A stretch of 46,188 bases of DNA, filler included, from Sphacelaria rigidula (GCA_964200075.2; 2 parts of 2 records of this genome joined end to end with filler, not necessarily neighbours in it), one strand, 5' to 3'. Shown: positions 24,159 to 38,399, numbered from the whole stretch's first letter. Program-made: numbers and translations. The notes: generated by a model not told the origin, from the letters alone.

Positions 24159-27100
24159 CTTCGCTACGCGTTCCATGTCATCTTGCGCCACGCGACCGGC
24201 GCAGAATAGGTTGCGGTCGGCGAAGAACTGTGTTGCCAAATCTCCCACCGGAAGCTTGGACAGGATGATATTTGCTCCGCTCGCCACACACCTGATAAAT
24301 TGTTCCGAAGATATAGTAGTGATACGAGAAATATTGTCAACGACCAAGACAGGAACATACCACACTTTCGAAAACGGAAAAGCACGGGCAGAGAATAGCC
24401 GTAACAAACGTCGATGCAGCAGGTGACAGCCCAGCTCGTGGAGAGAACAACCACGGACAACGCCTACTCGCCGTATTTGCTGGTTCTGCGTCAATACATG
24501 CTGTGTGTTCCCTACATGATAGAGGGAATCTCATCATTATAACGCACTCACGACCAAGTTTCGGAACCGTTAAACTTCGTTACCACTTGACTCACTTTTC
24601 GAGCTTGTCGTAGATAATGCTCCATTCTGCGTCCACGATCTCTTGGTACATGTCTGGGTCCGAAATTCGTACCTCCGCAGATTCCTGGTTCAAGCGAGAG
24701 ACACGAAAAGTATAGCATGGGATCGATGCTCCTGACTGGAACTTACGAGATGGAGCGTTCGTTTGACAAGTTGCACATCCGTCCCTCTTCCACGTTCGTC
24801 ACGAGCTAGCCGCCGGAGGCTACCGTGTGTACCACCCCCAGGGTGATAGCTCCTCGTGAGGGGGATGGTACACAACGTACAGGTCATTGCACCGCAACCC
24901 AACGGGGAACGGCTTCCTCAACAAGATGTTTGTGTGCCATGTCCACCTTCTCGCTCTTGAGCTCTAGTTCCACGTTCAGCAGAAGGATCTTGGGGCTGTC
25001 GAATGACTTGGGCTGCTGCTCGAATCCGGCGTAGCTGAACGTCTTCTTGAAGGCAACCCCTGTCACCAAGAAACTGTCCGTTACGCTGCCGCCCCCGACC
25101 TTTTTCACTCCCACCTACAGAAAGGACAACGTATCGTCGTTGTCCATAGCAACCACGAGCGAAGAGAAAAAAAAAAGACGAAAAAAAGAGTGCGATTGTG
25201 GCAAATGGCGAGGCAACACGCGTACAAGTGGAGGTGAGTACATGGACTATGGCAAACAGATACAGTGAGTCAATTATTATCGAAAACGGGACTTCCGTGA
25301 CGGGGAAATGATCATTCATCTTCCCGCTCCCAGCGTTTCTCATGATGCCCGCACAAATAATGCAAGATGCAACGGACACAGCATACCAGCAATACGAGTA
25401 ATCGTATGGAAAATAAAACTATCTGCTCCCGCGCAGTGCATTATGATCTATGATATTGGTTTTTCGAGTTTCCCTTTAGCAAGACTTTTCGTTCATGCTC
25501 ATCCTACGTATATCTTGTGGATAATGACCACCACTGGGTATCTTGGGGACCAGTCAACGTGCGACAATCAATCCGTCAATCGAGCATTGAACGTTGGCTT
25601 GAAATCAGTATGAGAAACGTGCCACAAAAAGGTACTATTATATTAATATCAATATCTGACTCGTACACATGTACTGCAACAAATCAGCTGCTGAATACCT
25701 GTGTCATTATTTTCGCTGCCCATTCGCACCGCTCAAATTTCGCTGTCACCTTGTCTTGTCGTGTTGTTGGCATTCTCCAATTTTTCATCAATTTTTTCAA
25801 CCCCTCCACTTCCCCTCCTCTCCTCCCAGAACGCGTCCGTAGTCTCAACCCATTCATCTCTCCACCAGTATAAACCGAATATCGAGCATTGGATGCTGAC
25901 CATCTACACTACCTACACTCCGGATATCAACACATCTGCCATGTGCTCTCGCGCCTCAATACTTTCCACGACCGAACCAAAATAACAAACTCATCCATAT
26001 TTCATCCATGCGTGTGTGTACTGGACATGGGCATGTATCTACTTACTATAAAACCTGGCATACCGTACAAGGGTATGAGGGAAACGATAGCGACACCGCT
26101 GTGTAACGTGTCACATCGTGCTGCTGCATTCGACACACTCCGATACTTCCCTCCTAGCATGCGCCACTGTGCGAGTATGATCATCGACATTTATCTCGGA
26201 CGATCGATAAACCCGACAGAAAGACAGACAGACAGGCAGCCGAAACCACAACCACTCACCAGGCTAAGGTCGAGCAGCTGCTGGTCCAGCAGCGACAAGG
26301 CCTCCACCACCATTGGCGCAAACAGGCTTTTCTGGGAAGATATGAGCTTCGAGTTCAACGCCGTCCCTGCACATCTTATCAGTACGTCTTTCGCCTGTAG
26401 CAAACCATATCCAAAATGGGGTCAGGTCAGGGTATCGTACCGTCGCCTTCCAGATGACCTGCTGTTAGTTGCTACACAGGTACACTGAGGATCTCGGGGT
26501 ATTACTGCAGAGGTATCGACGTGAAAACATCGAGGTGTAAACCGGACAAGATTCTCGACTAATACATCGACTATTCCAGGGGTGCCTGAAAAACTGAGCT
26601 GCTCTCGTGTGATGTCTCACCCTCGCCCGTACCTCCTTGTGCAAAAAATCTTTGAAAAGTAGTACGGCTGTCCGGCTTCGAACGGTGCGCATTGCCCCAG
26701 TCATAGTGATACAAGTGTGAGAAGGATGCGAAGCGTCGTCGGTAAAATAAATCGGGTGCGAAGATACTTCATAGGTGGTATGGATGCATGTGCATGGACA
26801 GTCCCGCTACGTGAATTGTACTCCAGGTTCTCACTGGACCCCTAGGGGGTCGGTTGAGGTGCGAAATCAATCAATCAACCAACGTTTTTCTTCATCCATT
26901 CAACGTCTCATCGCCTTCACCTTGAACGTGTACCATATTTGCCAAGCATGTCGAAGGTATAGTAACTACTTATCACTCCTTTGGGTGGTATGTGTCCATT
27001 GTCTCTCAGACCCACTACAAAACAGGCAGCAGGAAACACACGACTTTGCGGATATGTCTCACACCTTCGGAGACTACGACGCTTTTGGCATCTTTCCTGC

Positions 27101-30100
27101 TAGGGCATTCACACATGATTATCACGTGCGTCACGAACGTCTGAACTGGCAGTCATGGACGCACTGGAAATGATTAATCTAGTCAATTCGCAGTGTAAAA
27201 GTCAACGCTTTGACGGCAAAGCATTTGCAGACATTTATGCTGAGGGAGCATACGTGCATTACTTGTTTTGTCCCCTTTTCGAGTTTCCTTTGGTGAGTGT
27301 TTACGTGTGTCTACCTTGCATTTAATTATCAGGGCTATATTCCTAGCGGGGCAGTCAATGTGCGGCCATGAAACGATCAACCGTTGCAATCAGTGCAGGG
27401 ATATTGTTTGGAATATCGAGACTGTGTTCGCGAGACTATGCAACAGGCTGTCAGTACCGTATCGCACCGCACCATACCGTCCCGCACCCAACCCCCTTTC
27501 GTAAGAGGTTACACTCTCCCTGCCCCCACACCCCCTTAAGCGTGAACGATTGACTTTTGTTTTGGATCCCATGTTAGCTCCCCGGCTTCTTTTATCTCAA
27601 AGAGTCTACAGCTGCTCATCTAAGTTGCGATGATACTGGCATTCGAAATGAGCGTTCACCCGCTCGTGAAACATTATATATTTTGTCATACATGACCCGT
27701 ACACTACGCGCAACTACCCCCACCACTCTTTAGATACTCCTCATGGCCATGTTTGGAAGTACATGGCAAAACTGGGTCGGCTGTATTCTCATGCCCAACA
27801 AATGTCCGCGGTGATGAAGAAGAAAGTGCTGCCGCTTCCTCTAACGGAAAGTTGCAATAGCTTTGCGAATTCATGCATCCATACTTAGAACTTCCCTTCG
27901 ATATGCGCAATCCCCTCCCCCCTGCTCGTGTCTCTGAAGAGACGAAAATGGCAGACAGGAACAACGAAGCACAGTTGACGAGGTTAACGGCGGACAAAAA
28001 ACTTGTCCCAAAACAAGTGTGAAGCTGTAGCGAAGGCGAACGCTCACCTGTGCGTCGTCCACAGGTTTGACGGATACCGCCTCCAACCTGGCTACCGCAA
28101 CCTCGCAAGCTTTTCTTATCCCGCGGCAGATCACCTGCTTGTTACCAGATAGATAGCGCAAAGACGGCAAAAGAGTACCTCACATCAACGTGAAGTCAAC
28201 AACACCGCCGACAACATTCAGCAACAAGCCAAGAGATGTCGAGGCTCGCCTGGGGGTGGAGTCCATCTTCAACGAATGTCTTCACGTGTTTCAAGATCTC
28301 TCCTGCCAGGAGGACCACCGACGTTGTGCCGTCACCGACCTGCACAAGTCGTACACCACAAAAAAAGGCAGCAAGGGGCAAGGGGGGACTGAAACAAGAC
28401 AACTTTCACTGCCGAGATTCAAGGATATTTACCGCAGGGGGCGTTCGTATATTGGACGAGGCAAATCGTCTGGACAAGGTACACATTCCCGTAGATACCT
28501 ATTTGGCCTAAGAAACGGGGCATGATTGATGCTTCTACACTCATTTCTATACATTTCGGTAACGAAGTAGTCAATAAGGAGAACATAATTCAGTTCCGGC
28601 ACGACTCCTCCCCCGCCACACCAAAGCAAGTTGATAGCCCTTGCTGTTTTCTCATTCACGCGGGTGTTCCAAATATTTAGTTTACTCCAAGACAATCGAA
28701 CTAGTGCATTTTCTTACTACCTCAGCAGTACCCCTTGGAAGCCATTGGCGAACAACTCAGATCAGCATCTCTACGCTTCAAAACAACAAGCCTGGGCCGG
28801 GTTCCTATGATCCTTGGCGAGCGGCTTCTGCACGTTTCGTATAAGTCGGAGTGATAGTATAGTATTCATGAGTATTCTTGCCTTTCCCGCACGAGAACTA
28901 TACACCGCCAAATACGCGACAGTGATTGAAAAGAGAAAGCAAATAAGAAACAGGGATGTGTGGTCCTAGGAGCTCGAGACAACGCTAGAATGCGGACCAT
29001 GATCCCCATCTCTCGCGTGTAAAATGACAGCTAGGATCATCACAACGCGACCAGGTTAGGTTACCTGAGAAATATGTTTCTGCAATCTTGGACGGTAACT
29101 CTTTTGTCCCTCAACAATCGCAACACTCAGTCGGACTGGTGCCGTACTGTACTTTACGATAAGCCATGTTCCGAGCACCCTGACTTTGGAAACCTGGGAA
29201 GGTTTATTTATCTGGGCCAGGGATGGGGCCCCCACACGATCTTTGCAGTGACAACACACTCGGCAACAGTCCCCGCGCTGGTCGAAAAAATTTGCCTCGC
29301 CGTGATTGAGCCGGTCGCTCCCCGGCTTGTTCTTCATTATTCCACCAGCACATGGTCAACGCCGTGTCAGTGAAGGGCGAGCACTCGAGTCATTGCTCGT
29401 TGTGGGAAAAAATACTAGGGCGAGAACTTGAGTCATTGCTCGTTGTAGAAAAAATAATAGGGCGAGCACTCTAGTCATTGCTAGTTGTAAAAAGAAGTAG
29501 TGACTCGAGCACATGAGTCAATGCTCATTGTGAGAAGGAGTGATGACTCGAGCACACGAGTCATGCTCGTTGTGTTGTCAAAAAACATCCACGAATGCAC
29601 TCGTTTCGACGAATAAAGATTCGTTTGACGTGTGATATTTTGTCAGCACACGTTTTCTTTTTTCGTCAATCTATCGTTCTGTCTCGTCAGCGTAATTAAA
29701 ACATGACATTAACCCCTTCGAACATTCTTCAATTCTTCTTCCCCTACGTGGTGCATGCGAAACTTGAAGCGTGATAATTGCAATTTCTCCAAAGTGTCAA
29801 CTTCATCATTAATATATTTGATGCGGTAACGAAACTTACACTAACAAGTTTTTTTTTCTTTCATTCTTTCTGAGAGTCTCGATTTTCTCGTTTATCTCAT
29901 CAAAAACATGTACGCGGGAGAAAAATGACTGATGATTGTCTGAAAACACATGATATGTGTGTGTTGCCGTTCTATATGGCAGCGGAGGATCATCTATTCA
30001 GTTGTGATAACGGTTTTACTTTCTTTCACCAGATATCAATCAATCATCGTACGAGTCACGCCGGCGATAAAAATTGATGGACGTCATGCGTGACATATGC

Positions 30101-31575
30101 CTGCCTAAACGGCGTAGGGTGTCTTCGAGAGCTTGCAGCGACGAAGGCAGGGGAAGAGCCGACAGCAGCGCCAGATATTCTCGTGCCCATCGCAGGAGGC
30201 CATAGCTGCAGGCATCACGTGCCGTCCTTTGCCATCGAAGGCAGGGGAAGAGCCAATAGCAGCGCAAAATATGTCACGTATGACGTCCATCAATTAAGAG
30301 CGGATCCAAATTTCGGGGTTGATATCTGAAATGAGGTTCAAGTGGCTTTTTTTTTTTGTTGCAGGGATGACGCGAAACAGTTACACGGAGCGAAACCATT
30401 TTTCCCCCCAGGAGTACTCGTCCATGCCCAGAGTGTTCGTACCTCTGCGTCCTGGGACATGGAAATGTCGACGAGAGTCTTGGCTGCTGGGTGTGCGATG
30501 TCCAAGAGCTTCATTATGGTGGCGCCGTCGTTAGAAATGGTCACCTTCTGTCCGTCAAACACCAACTTGTCCATTCCTCTGGGACCCAGGGTGGATCGTA
30601 GTGTATCCATCACAGCCTGCTCGGGGTGAAATATGAGAGCACCATGTAGAGTCGAACCAGCCGAACGGCATGTACCGCGGAGGGAAAATGACTTTGCACG
30701 TCACACCCAGGGACTGTATGGTGTGCACTGGGCTACCGCTACAAGTACCCCACACGTAGTACTACAATGTACCACTGGTGCGCAAACAGGTATTGTGCCC
30801 GCTCAGTGTCCAGAGGCAGCCCACGTCTTGTTCAGATCAGTGCTTGGCACATCTTGCCCGTGTTTCGGTACACAAGACACTGGCTTTGCACTACAGTCAC
30901 TTCAGGTCAGTGCGGTCGGTGCAGGCCCTCTTACTCTCGGCACCAATGACTACCCACATACTTCCAAGTACAACAGTACGGTCACCTCACGATTGCGCTC
31001 GACGCATCAGTGTACGTCGCTCCTGTGTTCGCCCCACTACAACATGTGGTAAGTCTACGGTAATAACTGCACTCACTTCCTTGGCAGGCAACAGAGGGCA
31101 GGGTGGTGAAGCTACACAAAAAAAGCAATTGTTCTCGCGTGTTCTGTCGTCAGCCCTACTGGTCGCTATTTTTCGGTGAGTGTTCATCATAATACGCTGC
31201 AGGATTATCAACTTGTACTGGAACATGATCATGCGTCATCATACGTCTCACTGGCCGGTAGTCATTCGACGTGTTCCTCGTGTCACTCCACGGATCGATG
31301 GACGGAGGAAGCTCCTCCTGCCCCACTCTTTGTCCGTGACAGAAGTCAGCAAAATTGTTGTTTTCAAGACGAGGTTCGTGGCCACAGGAGGAAATGGTAC
31401 AATCAAGCGGATTTAATAAAAAATGAACCGGCTGCCGTTTTTCTGTACCATGTTCAAAATCATTCTTCACACTTGCCTGGCAGGCATTAATGTTGGAAAC
31501 TAGCTGCGCTTTTCCCTGACTGCTGTCTGTCCCCTCACGCAGCAAAATGATCCCCGGCTGATTCATGTATGACAT
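24159..31575 (-). CDS. CCT7: T-complex protein 1 subunit eta (CCT7), 5' half: exons 1-8, residues 1-325
   Basis: Exons (minus strand): 31575-31477 ([33 protein letters not shown]), 30616-30443 (...[11 protein letters not shown]...TISNDGATI...QDAE), 28339-28250 (VGDGTTSVV...HPQ), 28134-28048, 26394-26260, 25114-24947 (...[18 protein letters not shown]...[11 protein letters not shown]), 24684-24596, 24291-24159 (...[22 protein letters not shown]...RVAK). All phases are compatible. [14 protein letters not shown] and GDLATQxFADR are eta-subunit signatures. Confidence 0.96.
29374..29575. repeat. Minisatellite, about 43-bp unit x5, in CCT7 intron 2
   Basis: AGGGCGAGCACTCGAGTCATTGCTCGTTGT(A-rich) units start at 29374, 29417 and 29459, with degenerate copies near 29502 and 29545. 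Each has a CGAGCA...TGCTCG inverted repeat. Confidence 0.85.
30072..30295. mobile_element. Small TIR element (MITE-like, 224 bp) with internal direct repeat, in CCT7 intron 2
   Basis: AATTGATGGACGTCATGCGTGACATAT ... ATATGTCACGTATGACGTCCATCAATT (27 bp, 1 mismatch). CGAAGGCAGGGGAAGAGCCxAxAGCAGCGC occurs twice inside. Confidence 0.75.
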
Positions 31576-32264
31576 GGCTGCGGCCGGATGTTCGCCGAGC
31601 ACAGATGTTACTGTTCAGCCCGCGCCCTGCTGGAAACGAAGGGGGAATAATCGAGGCAGGTACGAGAATGTTGGGGTTAGAAACTTGTTCGGATCCTTCT
31701 CGGTTCAAGGTTCAAGACGATGTTCGGCATCTCCATGCGAGTAGCGGTGGAAGCCCTCGATTACATTCCATGCAACCCCGGCTGGCGACGTGCTACTACT
31801 GCAGGGTTAGGCTTCTTGGGAAAAGTCGCAGCGGAACGACCAGCACACGAGGTTGGCGCATAAGGACTTCCCCCGACAATGTTGGCCTCGCCGCCCACAC
31901 CATCATCTACAAAACGGCCCCGCTCGCTGAAACTCAGCAATCTGGGCCCAAGCTGAGCCAGCGTTCCATCGTGATATCTGGTTTCAGCTTCATGTCATGT
32001 ATTCTCACTATTAATAGCGTTTTTCACATTATCGCCAACGGCTTTGACGAGCTTCGTCTCCACTATCGACTATCGTGGATATCTTATTGCGGTGCACATG
32101 GCAGCGTCGTTCGACTTTCAAAATGTGTGCGTCATGCTTCTCATGTTTGTTTTTTTTGCCTTCAAATACGGCTCTAACTTCACGTGCATGTACTCGCACC
32201 CCCAAGGCCAACATAGTGAGGAATCCTTCTTCGAAGCCTAAGGTCGCTCCATGTAGCACACAGA

Positions 32265-32675
32265 GAGAAAATCCTGTAAAACGCTGTTTTTGGTCTTTCT
32301 TCGTTGTTTTATGCCCTAAAAGAGAGCTAGGCGTAGTTTGACACGGTGGAATGACTCACTGTACTTATTCGAGCGGTTCCAGGACATCTTCGCGTTTTCT
32401 GGTGGCCGCAGTTTATTTGGTCGCCAAACAAGCATTTTTGTCCAGGGACGGTCAAGTCCAGAGAAATATGGCAGTTCTTTCTACACTTGATCGTTCTTGC
32501 ACAAAAAGTCAAGTTTGACCAAAATAGAAACTGCGGACATCGGAAAACGCAAAGATACCCTGGAACCGCTTAAACGAGTACAGCAAGTCATCCCAAGGTA
32601 TCAAACTCTGCCTGCCTCTGTTTTAGGGCGTGAAACGACGAAGGACCAGAAAAGTATTTTTACGGGACTTTATTC
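32265..32675. repeat. Degenerate foldback element (family F), about 700 bp upstream of the CCT7 ATG
   Basis: The ends are inverted (ATCCTGTAAAA...GCCCTAAAAGAGAG versus CTCTGTTTTAGGGCG...TTTTACGGGA). The interior is homologous to 43578-44042 (e.g. TGGAACCG...CGAGTA.AGCAAGT.ATCCCAAGGT.TCAA). Confidence 0.8.
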
Positions 32676-35600
32676 TTGTTTGCTGTAACGAGCGGTCTAA
32701 GGAAGTCGGCAAGTCGAAACCGAAATAATGACAAACCAGCACCTCGGCGGTCCTGGTATTGAGTTGTTCAGAGTCCCGCTCCAACGAGGGTCAAATCCCC
32801 CATCAATAACGCGCCCACATGTGTCCATTTGTTAGGATTGGCGCCCATGTGACTCGATATGTGGCTCCATTCTTCAGGTTGCCAATCTGCGAGCACTTGA
32901 AGGGTATATGGCCAGCCCCTTCGGTTCGCTAATACTGCACTGCCTGTACTGTACTGTGCTGACTGGGCTGTTTTTTAAAAAGGTAGCCAGAGTGAGGTAA
33001 GGTAGCATGCGGGTACGGCTCAGTATATCAGGTTTTGTTACATGCTCAGTATTTTGGACAGTCGGTGCTGGAGATACCCACCTAACCCCAGGTACCCTGG
33101 GCACTGCACCTCTCCTGAATCACTTTTGGATCCTACATCGGATGATGAAGTAAAGTACCCTTGATATTTATAGTTTCCAAGTTCTTGTGCCAAAAGCTGC
33201 TGGGGTCGACTAACGAGGAATGAGAGTGGTGGGGGTCTCGCTTGTAGTCGGAAAAAATTGGAAAATATCAATAGGGGGTGGTATACCCCGTCACACCAAA
33301 GTATCATGCTGTACCTCAAAGACCAAATCGATGTCAAACCCTTGGGGGTGCCCGCGGCTAGTGTTTCTCTTCGGTAATACGCGGTACTTTGTTAACAGCA
33401 AAGGTGTGCAATCACAGACGCTGTGCGACGCGGTATTTGAAAGCCCTACTGATGATTGACCCAAGGTACTGACGTTCCGACCTGAACACAACACGAAATC
33501 CAGGTTACAGTTGTTGTGGATCAGCACAACACAAATGATGCACGGCATGGCCGCAACGAGAACTATTTGCCCCAAGCGCGACAGGATCACTCTCCATCAC
33601 GATCTCAGCTAATCATATGCCGCGCTTTATGCTCCTGTCGTGGACTGTTACCGGTGAGGTACAATCATTATGTTCAGCATAACCATCTCCAATGCAAGCT
33701 CCAGTTCGACCGTGTGGTGCAGTACCCGAGTATTGTACTGTGCGGTACTCTGCATGGTACAGCGGTGTAGTTGTACGACTGTGTACGACTGTTAAGTCAA
33801 AAACCGCGCCCCCGAGACGGCGTAGACGGAAAATATCGTGAGCTCTAGGTTTGCTCCCTATCAACACAGAACTGCAGAGCTGATGAGAGGCTTTCGCAAG
33901 TGACCTGGAATTTATCGAAGTTACGACAAAGCATCGACTACCATCAGCTCGTTTTTTAATCACGTGGAGTGAAGCACACTGTACTTATGGAGTCGACCTT
34001 GTGCGAACTCACAAGACGATAGCACATGGGCCACAGGATAAGCGGGCTGTGGCAACGTATTTGACTTTTTCTCCCAACACAAATAGATCGTCAGCACCAG
34101 GGAGTACAGAAGTGAGATCAAATGTTGTCATCCATGGCTATAAGCACACTCACGTTCGAGAGCAGGGATCTTCAACTCCACCTCTTGTCACGCTGTGCTG
34201 CCCGCCGAAGGATAGTGCCAAATACACTGTTAGTCTGGAGTATGTTCTGGTTATCAGTTACGATATCTGTATACATACTCAGACCCGTCGCGTGAGGATA
34301 CCCGTTTACGTGAGAGATAACGGTGGACAAGAATGAAGAATACTGGAACACGCATAAATATCTTCTCAGAAAAGTAATGTGTCCTATATACTATATACCA
34401 TACAAAAGGGAACCTCACATCAAGTATGCGTGAAAACATGCATTTACTTTTGTACAAAACGTTGAAGGTTTTGGGACAAGAGTATGGTAATAGGTGCCGC
34501 GTAGCATTCCCTTCCCTGGGTGTTGGGCTTTGCTGCTGGAGCAGGTCGGTACAACGAGACAGGCCCGCCGAACGCTAGGGGGCTGCCGGGACTTAACAAG
34601 TGAGTTGAAGAAGATCAAAAGATTCCGTTTTGAAGAAGTATAGTTCTTGACTATTTTACCACTCGATAGTGCAAATATCGGAAGTGCTTTGTTTCGTAGT
34701 TGCAGAAAGCGTGGTCGCAAAATGATATTTTCTTCCATTCACAGCCGAATCAGGTGCGCTCTCCGCCTAAATGGCGGCACTGTTGTAGTAGCCTCCACTG
34801 TTGTATCTACCAAATCAGTTGTGCTGATGCAGCCCTGCACCGAATCTCGTGATCCACCATGCGGCACGACAGTGAATTGCACTACAAAAACTACAGGTAC
34901 AGCCACACAATTTGTGCTTGATCGTTTCCATTAGCACGTACGCGGTGCTGCCCGTATCTGTCCGTTATACTGATACTGCACTGTTGTGCACCAAATCTCC
35001 CGTTTCGAACTTCGGCACGGCAGTACAGCAGAACAGTACAGTACTCGTATTAATGAGACATGAGTTCAGAGTATGAGCACTGCACCGTAGTTCGTGATGA
35101 GCTGTTTCCATCAGCATGCAGCTGACCACGATCATTGCACCGCCGGTCTCTATTCTGTGCATGTACCTTGAGAAACGGACCGCCTCTGCTGTCGCCAAGC
35201 AACATCTCGACGGGCATTTCCAAGGGGTGTAAATGATATTGCACAGTGAGGCCTTGTCGTCTGGAAAACACCGATAATTTCATACGCACACTCAAGTTCT
35301 CTTCAGCGCAGGAGCACGTCCGCACTCGCTGGTGCAGCCATTGCTAGGATACAAGGCGGTGCGATACTGGTGTACCTACTATCCCGGCGTATATACTGAT
35401 GTGCAAGTAGCTCTGTCATGCAAAAATGGATCGTTTTGGTAAATTCACTTTGTGCCAGACGTTGCTCCCACGTGCTGGGAGGCCTTGTTGACGTGTCAGG
35501 AGCATCAGTCCCAGCCGCCGAGCAGCAAGCACCCTCATCCTGAACTCTCTACTGTTCATGCGGAACAGTTTTATCCGACCAACACACCAGTACTTACCCC

Positions 35601-36910
35601 AGCAGCCCAAACACTAGCGATACTATTCCAAATTTATTGAGAGATATATCCTATTCTGAAATCTCCGTTGACGGCACTGTGCCGTGCTCAATTTTCTGCA
35701 CCGTCCTGAAGTACTTTGCTGCGGCATATCCTGACCATCTCCGCAGGGGCAAATCGCTTAATTGAGTGACGGGGAATAACACCCCCTGCGGGAGGTGAAG
35801 AGTTTTGCCATCTCAACTTTTTCGAAAACCGCCCCCTGTCTCGCGGCGGAAGCTGAGTAGGAATCATGGATAAATATCAAGATGTACATCTCCGGCGTGC
35901 AGGCCACAACCACCACGACAAAATCGAGCTGAAAACCAGTTCTGTACAATTATTTTCCTGTAGCCATTCCCGAGGTGGTATGGGGACATCCGCGATCCTC
36001 AAGGCTACGTTTTTGAGGTTCTTGAATTCAATTGGTTGAAAAAATCACCATTATTTATTTATGTCAACCCTTCGACAACGAGCGTCGCCTCGGAACAACT
36101 TCACTAGTTGGCGGTCAAGGGATATCTGAGGTTTTCCAGGGGGGCGGGGGATGGTTTTTGAAGGGAGGTCGGGGGCCTGTTTCCACGACAGCCGAAAAGC
36201 TCACCGTGTCAACCAGGTGTGTATGAAAGTTTCCCGAGGAAAATTACAAGCGGAAGGGAGCACGAGAAGAGCGGAGTGACCATTCTCGCCAATTACGGCT
36301 ATCAAAATGGTCGTTTTGTTCCCCTACAGGTAGACTACTTCGCTGTTCAGTGTTTAGCCGTATTTCTCATTTTGGTACTGATAATTCAACCATCGATGAT
36401 ACGGACACAGCATCGAGCCTGATACCCTGCTCGTGATCAATGGCGCCTGCCTGATTCCTCATGTTTAGCCACCATAGCTTCACATCGTAGTGTCGTTGTG
36501 GAACACTAAGCAGAGACATCAACAGCATGTAGTCACCTGTTTAGTGGAGAGCAATGACACGCTCACTATTTCTTTCCGTGGTGTCCAGCGAAGACATAGA
36601 GCACACATACTGACTGCAGGGTGAAAACCGGTCATGGTTTCTCCGGTACTGTTTTCTATGTAGAGGCAAATGTCCCCGATTAAGATACGATAAAGGCATC
36701 TGACGGGAAAAACTGTTTTCGTGGGAACTAGGGCACGTAGAACAATGCTCAGGGTATCCGGAGAGAGAAGTCGATCATCCGTCATCTAAGCGTTCCAAAA
36801 TAAAATAACTGGAGTATATCGCTCAATTGACGTGAAAGATGCAGCCAAAATACCCTCTGTTCCAATTAAGGTATACTTACGTAACTGTTGATCCCTCGTG
36901 ATTAGAGACG

Positions 36911-37900
36911 TTTCAGACCTTCTCCTTTGGTACAAATGTTCATGAGATCAGTGCGGTCCGTTTTGCAGAATAAAAGAAAAATAATTGAATGCGGGGACGA
37001 CAGTGGTTATCCCCTGGTTTTCGGAACAAATTTGGTCATTTGAGTCTGTGTTTGGCAACGCCGTACTCGACGAAAACTACACTTTTTTTCTCAACCCATT
37101 AAAATACGTCTTGACAGTAATCTCCCATAATTTGGTGTTCATGGGTCACGATTAAGGTACTCGCTGCCGCACGTTGAGTGATGCCCCATAGTCACTCATT
37201 TTTTCACCAGAAATCGACGGTGACGACGAAAATGGAACACGTGGTCCGTTTCAGACCTTCTCTGATACAAATGTTTATGAGAGTAGTGCGGTACGTTTTG
37301 CAGGGAAAAAAGAACAGTTGAATGCGGGGATGATAATTGCCCATCCCCTGGTTCTCCGAACAAATCTGGCCATCAAATCTGTGTTTGGCAACGCCGTACT
37401 CGACAATTACATTCTTATTTTCTGTTTGTAACCCATCGAAATACGTTTTGACAGTAATCTCCCCAAAAAAGGTGTTCATGGGTTACGATTAAGGTGCTCC
37501 GACGCACGTCGAGTGATGCCCCCTAATCACTCATTTTCCACCAGAAATCGACAATGATTACGAAAATGGAACACCTGGGATGTTCCGAATCTCCTTTGGC
37601 ACAAACCTTTACGCATCACAATGCATCACTTTCCGGCACCAGAGAAGGAAAAGGGTCATATCGGGGATGAAATTGACCTTTTCCCGGATTCTCGGAATAT
37701 TTTTGGGCATTCTTCTCAGTGTTTGACAACGTCGAACTCGACGAGCACTTTCGCAGAGCTCTATGCTTCCCTTTATTTAGAGCTATCCAACCGATAAGAA
37801 TTTGTTTCAACATGATTCTCGCAAAACTTGGTGTTCGACGGATGTGACTTCGTTACGCCCACACAATCTTTTCACCAAAGTCGACAACGACTACAAGAAC
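36911..37900. repeat. Tandem repeat of about 335-bp units (2 close copies plus 1 diverged)
   Basis: TTTCAGACCTTCTC at 36911 and 37249. TGTGTTTGGCAACGCCGTACTCGAC and CACCAGAAATCGAC recur at about the same spacing. A third degenerate copy spans about 37583-37900. Confidence 0.85.
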
Positions 37901-38399
37901 GACAGGCGCAGCTATCAGACAACAGCGAGCACGAAACAGAGCAAACCAAGCAGCGAAAACTTCGCCAAATCTTCCCCGGCGATGACCTTCCACGCTGTGG
38001 TCTCTTGCGGAGTAACACCTACGACGAAGATATCCACTGGTGGCGTGTGTAGGGGGGGGAGGGCGGGCGGGGGTATTGCGTGATACTGCTGTACGGTACC
38101 GAGTAGTACGTCGAGTATCGGGTGGTTCGCACAGTACTGGCACCACCTCAAATGACGGTACTTACCATAACTCCAGAGAATGTATAGGCAGTACCTCTAA
38201 AAAGAGGAGTCGTAATCAACAGAACACGCCGAGACAGCAATGAGCAGGCAAACGCCAAGTGCTGCATTGACAAAGAATACAGCGTGAATGACGCCGTTTC
38301 AAATGCAGCATAACTAATTGGGAGCAGACAAACATCACTCCATAGCAACAGCTTCGGGTTCTAGCTCTAGATATATGCGTTGTATCACCCCAACGAAAC

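Noticed and set aside
31569-32177. 202-aa ORF divergent from CCT7
   Set aside because: It overlaps the CCT7 start and presumed 5' UTR/promoter on the opposite strand, with no recognisable domain or splice support.
32870-35950. Exon-like stretches tested as the missing CCT7 or LACTB2 exons (e.g. LLEQVG near 34540, YLQHRL near 33070, LSRGGS near 35840)
   Set aside because: Only 3-5 residue coincidences; the surrounding sequence does not match either family or contains stops.
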